The notes under the pieces: model-generated | What the model saw: the letters and a program-made list of their open reading frames with translations, nothing else | The model's database searches: none | Told to the model about the DNA's origin: nothing | Part shown: positions 25,381 to 38,100 of the stretch, in pieces | How positions within the stretch are numbered: the stretch's first letter is position 1 | Layout: the number at the start of each line of letters is the position of its first letter | Position numbers and translations under genes: made by a program | Origin: Leucoraja erinacea | Lineage: Eukaryota | DNA: 64,000 bases | NCBI RefSeq assembly: GCF_028641065.1 | Contig: NW_026576484.1 | Coordinates: 1 to 64,000, forward strand | Reading direction: 5' to 3'

Positions 25381-25665
25381 GGTGGCACGGTGGCACAGCT
25401 GGAGAGTTGCTGCCGTGCCAGAGACATGGATTTGATCCTGACTAGGGGTGCTGTCTGTACGGTGTTTGTACGTTCTCCGTGTGATGGCATGGGTTTTCTA
25501 CGGGTGCTCCGGTTTCCTCCCACATTCCATAGACGTAGGTTAATTGGCTACTGTAAATTGTCCGTAATGAATTGGATAGAACTCATATACTTTTGTTGGT
25601 CAGTGCAGACTCGGTGGCCGAAGGGCCTGTTTCCACGCTGTATCTCCAAACTAAACTAAACTAAA
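25381..25665 (+). mobile_element. HE1-type SINE with (CTAAA)n tail
   Basis: ggtggcacggtggcacagc tRNA head, core, ggccgaagggcctgtttcc CR1-like tail. Confidence 0.8.
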
Positions 25666-26150
25666 GTCCAGTAAAGTCTGACGGTGTGCAATGAGGTAGA
25701 TCAGGACTGCTCCCTAGTTGGTGATAGGATGGTTCAGTTGCCTGATAACAGCTGGTAAGAAAGTGTCACTGAATCTGGAGGCTTGCGTTTACAAGCTGCT
25801 GTACCTCTTGCCTGACGGAGGAGGGTTGAATCCACTTTAAATGCAATTTTCATGGATCCTTACCCGATGTCAAGCAATCTTGTTGTGTATTTGGAGTATT
25901 GTTTTGTTTAAAGAGTAAGTCATAAAATGCTTGAGTAACAGCGGGTCAGGAAGCGACTGTAGAAGGAACGGACATGTGATGTTCCGGGTCGGGACCCTTC
26001 TTCAGACTGATTGTTGTAGGAGTGGGGGAGGAAGCTAGAAAAGAGAGGTGGTAGTAGGACAAAGTGATAGGTGGATACAGGGGATGGGGGGGAGGGGGTT
26101 TGATCAGCAGATTGGTTGAATAAAAGACCGATAAAGAATAAAAGGCTGAA

Positions 26151-26915
26151 TAACCATATAACCATATAACAATTACAGCACGGAAACAGGCCATCTCGAC
26201 CCTTCTAGTCCATGCTGAACACGTATTCTCCCCTAGTCCCATACATCTGCATTCAGACCATAACCCTCCATACCTTTCCCATCCATATAACTATCCAATT
26301 TATTTTTAAATGATAAAAACGAACCTGCCTCCACCACCTTCACTGGAAGCTCATTCCACACAGCCACCACTTTCTGAGTAAAGAAGTTCCCCCTCATGTT
26401 ACCCCTAAACTTCTGTCCCTTAATTCTCAAGTCATGTCCCCTTGTTTGAATCTTCCCTACTCTCAGTGGGAAAAGCTTATCCAAGTCAACTCTGTCTATC
26501 CCTCTCATCATTTTAAAGACCTCTATCAAGTCCCCCCTTAACCTTCTGCGCTCCAAAGAATAAAGCCCTAACTTGTTCAACCTTTCTCTGTAACTTAGTT
26601 GCTGAAACCCAGGCAACATTTTAGTAAATCTCCTCTGAACTCTCTCTATTTTGTTGACATCCTTCCTATAACTCGGCGACCAAAATTGTACACCATACTC
26701 CAAAATTGGCGTCACCAATGCCTTGTACAATTTTAACATTACATCCCAACTTCTATACTCAATGCTCTGATTTATAAAGGCCAGCACACCAAAAGCTTTC
26801 TTTACCACCCTATCTACATGATATTCCACTTTCAGGGAACTATGCACAGTTATTCCCAGATCCTTCTGTTCACCTGCATTCTTCAATTCCCTACCATTTA
26901 CCATGTACGTCCTAT
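26151..26915 (-). mobile_element. CR1 3' fragment, (ATATGGTT)n family
   Basis: 223-aa ORF 26233-26904, C-terminal ORF2. Confidence 0.92.
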
Positions 26916-27434
26916 TACATGAAAAGGAAACATAAGGAGAGAAGAGGAGGAGTGAAATATACAGTCAGAGGGAGTGATGTGGGTAGAAGAGGGCGAGTAA
27001 GGGGGAGGGGGAGATGGGCAGGGATTGGTGAGAAATAAGTGTGCACTTGGGTGGAGAGAACAGGAAAGAGAGAGAGGAGGAAGGTATTTATTGGAGATTC
27101 AAATTTTCATACATTTCAGTCTGCAGACAGGTCCCGACCCGAAACGTCATCTATCCATGTCCCTCAGAGATGCTGCCATTTACCATGTAATGACTTACTC
27201 CATTACTTTCAATGTTTATACAGCTAGGTTGTAAGTTACCCAAGCGGAATATGAGGTGCTGTACCTCCAGTTTAGTGTGTTGCTAATTGATGGGCCTAGC
27301 ATTCCCACTGTTTGATGTTGACACCATCTTCATGTGTAATTGTTGAACTACATCTATCAGGCCAAGTAACTGGAGAGTCTGAATTAGGTCAACACCAACA
27401 ATTTGTTTGTTTTGGTCAGGTGACCATCTTAATT

Positions 27435-28448
27435 TAGGTATGTTGCAAAGCCTACCTGAAGCGTCGCTGAAAATCTTTCGCTGCGGATGTGCGCGAATTT
27501 GGCGCCGTTTAGAGGGGGCGGGTTTAAAACGCGATTTTCCCTAGGCTGTTTCAATCGAGGATGTTCAGCCTAGTTAATTATTAACGGAAAATCGCTGGAA
27601 TATTCCGTCACTTTAGCTATTATTACTTTTAAAGGCTTTATATAAATGTTGTAGTAGTTTAAAAATTAACCTCTCAACCGGCGACCACCGGTAACCGGCA
27701 GGGTCTCATACAGCAGACAACAGAAGGTAGGCTGTTTATTTTTACATTAAAAAGGGCTTCTTAAGATCCCTTTATACAAAGTTTAAAGTTGCGAGTAGCT
27801 CATTTTGGGCCCATTATATCCCGCAGTATTTTTCTGGGCATTTGGGGCACAAATCTAGCGCAATGTGAACATTCTAAACCAGCGCGTTCACAGGAACCCA
27901 CTAGAAAGCTGATTTAAATGGACTTTAATTTACAGCAATTGAACACTAAATTCTTTCCATTTGGCCTATAAATTAATGTAAATGAGATTTAAAAATCATG
28001 TTTTATTGTGAATTATTTGTGAATATTATTTGGACACTTAGGCTATTTAAAAATGTTAATCATTTATTAAGAAATGGATAGATGTTTAGATCTAGTAATT
28101 GAAGTTTGAAATTAGCTCCAATTGGGTAACTAACTAATTATATGCTTTAATTTCAGGTCATCCAAGTAAGATTGATTTATATATGTTTCAGAATTTCATT
28201 CAGTTCTCTTAATTTTTAAGGAAGTTTTGGGCTTTTGACTGTCCACGATCACAGCTTTTTTGTTATGTCCATAGAAAATCAATAGGGAACAAGATGCTAA
28301 TTTCCGAGTATGAAAATGGCCAGAACCTTTTAAATACTTGAGATATGAAAGTGAATTAGGTGTCAAATTAAACTTCTTTTTATGCTTTATCTGAAGGGAT
28401 AAATTGCAGACTTGATTTTTTAAATCTCAAAATTTTGCAACATTGCTA
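27435..28448 (+). mobile_element. Non-autonomous DNA transposon with TAG...CTA termini and 7-bp TSD
   Basis: TIR taggtatgttgcaaa / tttgcaacattgcta; TSD cttaatt at 27428-27434 and 28449-28455. Confidence 0.85.
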
Positions 28449-28648
28449 CTTAATTAGGTCAACATGGACTCTGTTGTTTCTCTTAATTGGGTCAGACGTT
28501 GATGCATCAACATCTAAAAGTCTTCATGGCTATTATTGTTTCCTTTGATCATATCAAGAGGATGGGTAAAGTGTGCTAGAAACATTATGCAAAAATTCTC
28601 TGTTATCCACCTGCACATAATCCATACTTGTCCATTCCCTGTGTATCC

Positions 28649-29443
28649 CGGTGGGCGGCGCGACTCTGGTCAGCAGCGGCCTCTGCAGTCTGTCCGCGTT
28701 TTATTATTTTCTGTCTGTGTTTTTATGTAGTGTTTGTTATTTTTTGTTGGGGTGTGTGTGTGGGGGGGGCGGGGGTGGGGTGGGAGGGAGGGGGAAACTT
28801 TTTAAAATCTCTCCCTGCACGGGAGACCCGACCGTTTCTCGTCGGGTTTCCGTTGTCGTTGGGGCCGCAACGAGGAGCGGCCTCCAACAGGAAGAGACCG
28901 GGGACTCTGGTGCTACGACTCACCGTCGCCGTCGCGGGGTTGGCCGAGTCCGGAGCGGGTGGAGTGGTGGAGGAGCGCTGCTGCTGCTGCTGCGGCCCGA
29001 CCGGACAGTCGGAGGCTTCAACGGCAGGTCTGTGGACGGCGGCACCGGGAGCCCGCGGGTCCCTGGAGGGAGACCGCTTTTCAGGGCTCTCGCAACGGCG
29101 ACTTCCCCCGCCCGAGTTGCGGGGTTGAAGAGCTCCTGGAGCGGGGCCTAACATCACCGCCCGGCGCGGCTTTAATGGCCGCGGGACAATCGCCATCGCC
29201 AGCCGGGGGCTTTGACTTTGACTTTGACATCGGGGGGGGGGGGGGGGGGGGGGGGGAGAGTGCAGTGGAAAGATAAGTTTATTTGGCCTTCCATCACAGC
29301 GATGTGATGGATGTTTATGTTTATGTAAATTATGTTGTGTCTTGGGTCTATGTGTTTGTAATGTATGGCTGCAGAAACGGCATTTCGTTTGGACCTCAAG
29401 GGGTCCAAATGACAATTAAATGTATCTTGTATCTTGTTGTATC
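28649..29443 (+). mobile_element. Non-autonomous GC-rich retroelement, copy 3
   Basis: Reverse complement of the 10846-11705 family; (tcttgta)n tail; TSD tgtatcc. Confidence 0.8.
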
Positions 29444-29969
29444 TTGTATCCACGTGCCTGTCTAAATGTTTCTTCAACGCCGTTATTGTATCTGCCTTTG
29501 CAGTGTGTTCCAGGTACTCACTACCCTCTGTGTAAAAACACTTTCCTGCACATCACATTGCCCCTCTCACCTTAAAGCTTTGCCCTCTAGTATTTGATGT
29601 TTGCAATCTATGCTTCCCATAACTTTATTAATTATAACCTAAATATCAATAACAGAACACAGATGATGTCTGTGCTAAACTTAATGCCAAGGTAAACTAA
29701 TCTCCTCTGCCTGCATGTGATCCATAACCCAACTCTCACTGCATATCCATGTGCCTATCTAATTACCAGTATTGCCATCAATTAAATGCCATTATCGTAC
29801 CTTATTCCACCAACACCCCGGCAGCTTGTTCCACGCACCCACCCTGGCAGCTTGTTCCACGCACCCCCCCACACCTCGCTTAAACTTTGTTCAATGATAC
29901 TTTATTATTACATATACCATAGTACAATGAAATTCCCTTTGGGCATTCGGTTCAGTAAAAATCTTACTA

Positions 29970-31498
29970 CAGGTGCACAACCTTTATATCCGAAATTCCA
30001 AATAATGAAAAACTCCGAATAGCGGACATTTGTTCGGTCCTTGAAGAAAGGGCCTTGAAGACATTCACCGAGGGCGTCCCGCAGAGGTGACAGCGGAACC
30101 TCCGGTCGGTCCTCGAAGAAAGGGGAACTAAATCCCCATTCATAAAAGAGAAGGTGAGGGTATATTGCGCGGGAGGGTTAATAATTGACAATCTGCTGCT
30201 GCCTGCCCGCTGAGTTAAAAAGTTCCCACGGTAGACTCACGATACACAGTGTATCGTGAGTCTTGCGTGGAAACTTTTTAACTCAGCGGGCAGGCAGCAG
30301 CAGATTGTCTCTCCCTTCAGTTTCACCCCACCTACACCCCTCTGCTTCCCGGCCATGTGTGTGACCCCTTCCCTCCCCTCTCCAGCTCCCCGCCCATTTG
30401 CACGGATGCGGAGGCTTTGCACTGTCTTCACTGCCAGCAGGTCAGTGCCAGTCACCGGAGACGTCAGAACCAACGGGACACCGACCCCCAGGCCCACTGC
30501 AAGCACGGAGATCCCAGAGACCCACAGCCAGCAGCAGCCCAGCCCCGTTCCAACTCCAGAGGGAAACTGGAATCTGGCCGGAGACGTCAGGACCACCAGA
30601 AGCCGCTCCCCGATGGGCCGCTACGGCGACAAGTGGCAGTTTGCCCTTAGCCCGAGCTGCGCCCCCTCATCGGGACACCGACCCCCAGGCCCACTGCAAG
30701 CACGGAGATCCCAGATCAGCAACTCCAGCCCAGCCCCGCTCCAACTCCAGAGGAACACGGGGCAGAAGCTGATGGTGTGCAAGGTACATCTTGTTCTTGG
30801 GGTGGCGCATTTTAAGTTGCGAAACGGTGATATTTTTCCCCATACGAACCAACAGTGTTTTTGCTGCCGATATGGGGACTAAATCACTGCAAACGCAACA
30901 TTCCAATTGATCGCGTTCCAGAAAAACCCATTCGCAAGCTGATTTAAATGGCCATTAATTTACAGGTATTAAACATTAAATTCCTTCCATTTGGCCTATA
31001 AACCCATGACAATGAGATTTAAAAATTATGTGATATTTGGAATTCTTGTGTGAATGTTATTTGGACATTTAGGCTATTTAAAAATGTTAATCTATTCTTA
31101 AGAAATGGATAGATGTTTAGATTTAGTAATTGAATTTTGTAATTAGCTACAATTAGGTAACTAACTAATTATATGCTTTATCTTCAAGTCATCCAATTGT
31201 TTCATATTTGTTTCAGAATGCTTCAATCCACAATAACTGAACATTTCTTTCAGTTCTCTTAATTTTTAAGAAAGCTATGGGCTTTTGACTGTACTTGATC
31301 ATAGCTTTTGTGTTAAGTTAATGGAAAAGCAATAGGGTACAAGATGCTAAATTCTGAGTATGAAAATGGCCATGACCTTTTTAATACTGAAGATATGAAA
31401 GTGAATTAGGTGTCAAATTAAACTTCTTTTTATGCTTTATCTAATGGGATAAATTGCAGACTTGATTTTTTAAATCTCAAAATTTTGTAACATTCCTA
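29970..31498 (+). mobile_element. Composite DNA-transposon remnant: Tc1/mariner(pogo)-like 5' end, GC-rich middle, 3' half of the 7-bp-TSD family
   Basis: TA|CAGGTGCACAACC start; 30237-30800 shared with 17757-18500; 30900-31498 aligns to 27880-28448. Confidence 0.6.
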
Positions 31499-33995
31499 GT
31501 CAGTGCACAAGAGTCGCCATGTTTCCGGCACCATCTTGTATCCTTCAGGGATGCCGCACAATGGCTGCGTCGCCAACGGTCTGTCTTTGTCTTTTTCATT
31601 GTTTGCGTTTTTAGTTTGTTGAAAATGTATGTTTTAGTTTATCTTTACTTTTGTATTTGTGGGGAGTGAAACTGTTCTTGCCTCTTTCCTCGACGGAGAT
31701 ATGACTTTTTCTATGTCGTATCTCCATCGACACTGCGGTCTAACATCGTGGAGTTAGCGGCCTCTTGTTTGGGACTTCTAGGGCTCCAAAACAGTGGAGC
31801 CTGTGGGCTTTAACATCTCAGAGTGGTCGGGGTCGGCAAGGGGTCGGCCTTTGGTGCTCCAATCTGCGGGTGCTGTGGACTTTAACATCGTGAAGCTCGT
31901 GGTCCCCGGTTAGCGATCAACTCCAAGCCGCAGGAGTTTCGACCGCCCTGGTGTGGGAGCTTAGACCGCCACGACATGGGAGTTCGATCGCTGGCTGCAG
32001 ATGGTTCGACTCCTCCAACTTCGGGAAGAAAGGTGGAAAGAAGATAAAACTTTATTGCCTTCCTTCCGGTGGAGGAGCCGCTGTGGTGGATGTTTATGTT
32101 ACATTTTTATGTAGTGTGCTAGTTGCTTTTTTGTTTTGACAGTTTGGCAAACCAAATTCCTTGTATGTTGCAAAACATACTTGGCTAATAGATCATGATT
32201 GTGATCAGTATTTAGTCAAGTTAATTATTGTCACACGTACACATAGAGTAAAAAGCTTTCCTTGCATGCTAACCAGTCAGCGGAAAAACTATGCATGATT
32301 ATAGCTGGGAAAAGCTATATCAAGCCATCCACAGTCCACAGATACAGGATAAAGGCTATAATGTTTAGTGCAAGATAAAGTCCAGTAAAACCAGTTTAAA
32401 GATGGTCCAAGGGTCTCCAATGAGGTTGATGGTACCGCAGGACCACTCTCTAGTTAGTGAGAGGACGGTTCAGTCACCTGATGAAACAGGAACTGGGATG
32501 AAACAGAAACTGTGAATTGTTAAAAATGTTAGTGCCTTAACTTGGCCATAAATGCCTGTTGTCATTTGTCCCTCTCACATTAAAACTATAGCCTTTCTAG
32601 TCTTTTATATTTCTACTCTGGGACAAGATTCTGACTGTCTACCTCATCTCTGCCTCTCATACCATCATCTACTTCTATCAGGTTTCCCCTCAGCCTCTGG
32701 TGGTCCAGAAATAACAATCCAAGTTTGTCCAATTGTAGTTTTATGCATCTCTAATCTTGGAAGGGTTCTTCTGCTCTGCTGAAAATCTGAGCATTTTGGG
32801 CCTTGATAGTGCCTAATCATGATTTAGAATGTAGGTTAGAACATGAACTGTGAGTTACGAGGTTCCTAACCTAAGGAAACGCAGATTCAACAGAATAAGT
32901 GACCATGAAGTCTTGTCCGCCATTCGATCATGGCTGATCTAGTTTTCCCTCTAGACCCTATTCTCCTGCCTTCTCCCCAAAACCTTTGATGGCCTTACTA
33001 TTCAAGTACCTGTCATTCTCTGCTTTAAAAATACCCATAACAAAGACCTAATGTGAATGGGTGATCGATGGTCGGCGTGGACATGATGCCCGGAAAGTCT
33101 ATTTCCACGCTGTACCTTTCAATGAATCATTCAATCAACTTTAAAGTCAGAGTCATGAAAGCTGTTTGTGCTATGTTTGCAGGATGCCAAACAAGCTAAA
33201 AATGGACCTCTGTATATTGCTCCACTGCTGAAGACATCACCTATCCATGTCTTCCAGAGATGCTGCCTGACTCGCTGTGTTACTCCAGTGCTTTGTGTCT
33301 TTTATTGTAAACCAGCATCTGTAGTTCCCTGAGTCTGCATTTTACTGCTTCATTGCAAAATCTCCTCAAGGTCTTCCTACTTTGAAGTTCTCCTCCTCTC
33401 TCTGATGAGACTTCTGTGAGACCGTCTCTTATAGCTTCCGCATCTGTGATTCTTCTTTCAGCTTTCTCCCTTCCCACCCCTCCACAAAATCAATCTGCAG
33501 AAGGGTTCCAACCCTAAAAGTCACCTATCCATGTGCAGGTTGGAATTGCAGATGCTGGTTTATACCGGCAATAGACACAGAGTGCTGGATTAACTCAGCA
33601 GCTCAGCCACATCTCTGGGGGAAAAGGATGGGTGTTATTTTGGGTTGGAACCCTTCTTCAGACACCTGTCTTGTGTTTTGGTTTTGTAAACAAGCATCTG
33701 CAGTTCCTGTTGCTCAGGGTCGATTAAGTATTTCACAAGGTTTGAGACTAACCACAAAAATGGCACTCTTTCCACTCAGGCTATATGACTGAGTTACAAC
33801 AGAGTAGAAATAAGGGCAAGGGTTGTTGGGCTGACTGACCACAATAACACATTACCTGCCTTTCTATATTGTATTATTACCAAGGACCAGGCAGCAAACC
33901 GTGTAATACTCTCAATGGCTCTTATCAACGAATGGTGAAAATAATAGTTCAGCAAGACTGGAAGTGAAAGGGCATGGATATTCGTTAAAAGTATT

Positions 33996-34260
33996 TAGTT
34001 TAGTTTAGTTTAAAGATACAGCGGGGATACAGGCCCTTCAGCCCACTGAGTCCGCATTGACCAGCGATTCTTGTACAATAACACTGTCCAACACACTGTA
34101 AAATTTACAATTTTACCAAAGCCAATTAACCTACAAACCTGTACATCTTTGGAATGTGGTAGGAAACCGGAGCACTCAGAGAAAACCCACACAGATCACG
34201 GGGAGAATGTACACACTCCACACAGTCAGGATGGGACATAGGTCTCCGGTGCTGCATCAC
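33996..34260 (-). mobile_element. HE1-type SINE
   Basis: (tttag)n tail and SINE core in reverse complement. Confidence 0.75.
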
Positions 34261-34791
34261 TGAGTCTTTAGATAGAATGTTTGCAGGAACTTAACAATTG
34301 ATCACAATGTAAATATTCACGAAATAGTTGAGTTTAGTTTATTGTCACATGTCCAGAAGTACAGCAAAAAGCTTTTGTTGCGTGCTAACCAGTCAGGGGC
34401 AAGGCTATACATAATTTAATCAAGCCGCCCACTGTGTACTTATAAATAAGTCCAATAATGTCCGATTAAAAGTAGTCTGGCTCCAATGAGGTAGATGGGA
34501 GGTCAGGACTGCAATCTAGTTGGTGATAGGATCAGGGTCGGCCTTAAGCCGATTGGACCGATTGCTCCCAATTGGGCCCCGCGCCTAAGGGGGGCCCGCA
34601 CTAATGTTCCGTATTTCGTACGGAAATACGAATTTGCTTTGTTAAATAAAGATTTTTTTTAAACATTCGCCATCCGGATTTTTAAAAAAACGAACATGGA
34701 TAACAACCGCTGCATGGCCATCAGACACAAACGATTTGTTAACTACTACTGTTAGCACTTGGTAACAGCCAGTAGTTAACAAGTAGTTATA

Positions 34792-34944
34792 CAATGTGTC
34801 ATCAATGCATCGATCCACATTCCTCATTGTGTTTTGAACAAGTATTAATGACACCGCGTTCCTTTGAATAAAATTCACGCGGCATCATTAATACTTGTTC
34901 AAAACACAATGAGGAATGTGGATCGATGCATTGATGACACATTG
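34792..34944. repeat. Perfect 60-bp-arm inverted repeat
   Basis: 34792-34851 is the exact reverse complement of 34885-34944. Confidence 0.95.
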
Positions 34945-35170
34945 AGAATTTCTAAAAACTCACCATTATGATTGACGGCGCCGGACCGCGAGAAGGGGCT
35001 TCTTCTTGGTGTTCTTGATCATTCATCTACCGACCCACGTTGTGTCTCTCTGTCTTCCGCTCAACCCTCCCTCTCTCTCTCTCGCGCTCTCCCCATCTCG
35101 TCTCTCTCTAGCTCTCTCTCTCTCTCACCTTGTTGCCTCGGCATTCCCAAAATCATTGACGTTTTGCGGT

Positions 35171-38100
35171 AACCATATAACCATATAACAATTACAGCAC
35201 GGAAACAGGCCATCTCGACCCTTCTAGTCCGTGCCGAACACGTATTCTCCCCTAGTCCAATATACCTGCGCTCAGACCATGACCCTCCATTCCTTTCCCG
35301 TCCATATAATTATCCAATTTATTTTGAAATGATAAAAACGAACCTGCCTCCACCACCTTCACTGGAAGCTCATTACACACAGCCACCACTCTGAGTAAAG
35401 AAGTTCCCCCTCATGTTACCCCTAAACTTCTGTCCCTTAATTCTCAAGTCATGTCCCCTTGTTTGAATCTTCCCCACTCTCAGTGGGAAAAGCTTATCCA
35501 TGTCAACTCTGTCTATCCCTCTCATCATTTTAAAGAGCTCTATCAAGTCCCCCCTTAACCTTCTGCTCTCCAAAGAATAAAGCCCTAACGTCTTCAACCT
35601 TTCTCTGTAACTTAGTTGCTGAAACCCAGGCAACATTCTAGTAAATATTCTCTGTACTCTCTCTATTTTGTTGACATCCTTCCTATAATTAGGCGACCAA
35701 AATTGTACACCATACTCCAGAATTGGCCTCACCAATGCCTTGTACTTACATCCCAGCTTCTATACTCAATGCTCTGATTTATAAAGGCCAGCACACCAAA
35801 AGCTTTCTTTACCACCCTATCTACATGAGATTACACTTTCAGGGAACTGTGCACAGTTATTCCCAGATCCCTCTGTTCACCTGCATTCTTCAATTCCCTA
35901 CCATTTACCATGTACTATGTACCATGTACAAATCTATTTTGATTTGTCCTGCCAAGATGTAGAACCTCACGCTTATCAGCATTAAACTCCATCTGCCATC
36001 TTTCAGCCCACTCTTCCAACTGGCATAAATCTCTCTGTAGTCTTTGAAAATCTACTTCATTATCCACAACCCCACCTATCTTAGTATCATCTGCATACTT
36101 ACTAATCCAATTTACCACACCATCATCCAGATCATCGATGTACATGACAAACAACAGTGGACCCAACACAGATCCCTGTGGCACCCCACTAGTCACTGGC
36201 CTCCAACCTGACAAACAACCATCCACCATTACTCTCTGGCAACTTCCATTCAGCCACTGTTGAATCCATCTTGCTACTGCACCATTAATACCCAACAATT
36301 GAACCTTCTTAACCAACCTTCCGTGAGGAACCTTGTCAAAGGCCTTACTGAAGTCCATGTAGATAACATCCACTGCTTTACCCTCGTCAATTTCCCGAGT
36401 AACCTCTTCAAAAAATTCAAGATTAGTCAAACATGACCTTCCAGGCACAAATCCATATTGACTGTTCCTAATCAGACCCTGTTTATCCAGATGCTTATAT
36501 ATATTATCTCTAAGTATCCTTTCCATTAATTTGCCCACCACTGATGTCAAACTAACAGGTCTATAAATGCTAGGTTTACTCTTAGACCCCCTTTTAAACA
36601 ATGGAACAACATGCGCTGTACGCCAATCCTCCGGCACTATTCCCGTTTCTAATGACATTTGAGATATTTCTGTCATAGCCCCTGCTATTTCTACACTAAC
36701 TTCCCTCAATGTCCTAGGGAATATCCTGTCCGGATCTGGAGACTTATCCACTTTTATATTTCTCAAAGGTGTCAGTACTTCCTCTTCTTTGAATCTCATA
36801 GTTTCCATAGCTACTCTACTTGTTTCCCTTACCTCACATAATTCAATATCCTTCTCCTTGGTGAATACCGAAGAAAAGAAATTGTTCAATATCTCCCCCA
36901 TCTCTTTTGGCTCTGCAGATAGCTGTCCACTCCGACTCTCTAATGGACCAATTTTATCCCTCGTTATCCTTTTGCTATTAATATATCTGTAGAAACCTTT
37001 GGATTTACTTTCAACTTACTTGCCAAAGCAACCTCATATCTTCTGTTAGCTTTTCTAATTTCTTTCTAAAGATTCTTTTTACATTCTTTATACTCCTCAA
37101 GCACCTCATTTACTCCATGCAGCCTATCTATATTACCAAAACTCTGTTCTTGACCGGATTTGGCGATCTGTGCTGCGATTTCCAAGAGAACGCCGCCACC
37201 TACGGCCGTCATTTTTGGCCACCTCACTCAGAGCCCCCCTCCGCCGTGTGTGTGCCGAGGATTTTTCCCGTCGATGAAATATGACAGAGATATTAATGAT
37301 TTTACAACATTTTCCATTCTCTCTGCTGCCCCCGCTGGCAGCAGGGGGGAGGGACTATAAAACCAGGAAGTGGTGTGCCTCAATCAGTCTCTGCAAGTGA
37401 TGTGCCTCAGTCAGTCTCTGCAAGTGGTGTGCCTCAATCAGAGCTCTGAATGACACTGACAAATGTCTACAGCACTGTGAGTACCCTTAATTAACCCATA
37501 AAAAGCAGCATACCGGAGGTCTGGGAGAAATTCAGAGACCAGCAGAGGAGGACAAAGGGCTTAATTAGGAAAGGAAAAATAGATTATGAAAGAAAACTGG
37601 CAGGGAACATAAAAACTGACAGCAAAAGTTTTTATAGATATGTGAAAAGAAAGAGATTAGTTAAAACAAATGTAGGTCCCTTGCAGTCAGAAGCAGGTGA
37701 GTTGATCATGGGGAACAAGGATATGGCGGACCAATTGAATAACTACTTTGGTTCTGTCTTCACTAAGGAAGACATAAATAATTTGCCGGAAATAGCAGGG
37801 GACCGCGGGTCAAAGGAGTTTGGAGGAATTGAGTGAAATCCAGGTTAGCCGGGAAGTGGTGTTGGGTAAATGGAATGGATTAAAGGCCGATAAATCCCCA
37901 GGGCCAGATAGGCTGCATCCCAGAGTACTTAAGGAAATAGCTCCAGAAATAGTGGATGCATTAGTAGTAATCTTTCAAAACTCTTTAGATTCTGGAGTAG
38001 TTCCTGAGGATTGGCGGGTAGCAAACGTAACCCCACTTTTTAAGAAGGGAGGGAGAGAGAAAACAGGGAATTGCAGACCAGTTAGTCTAACATCGGTAGT

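Noticed and set aside
33340-33470. Minus-strand exon-like ORF (DAEAIRDGLTEVSSERGG...)
   Set aside because: No pyrimidine tract, weak donor, no partner exons
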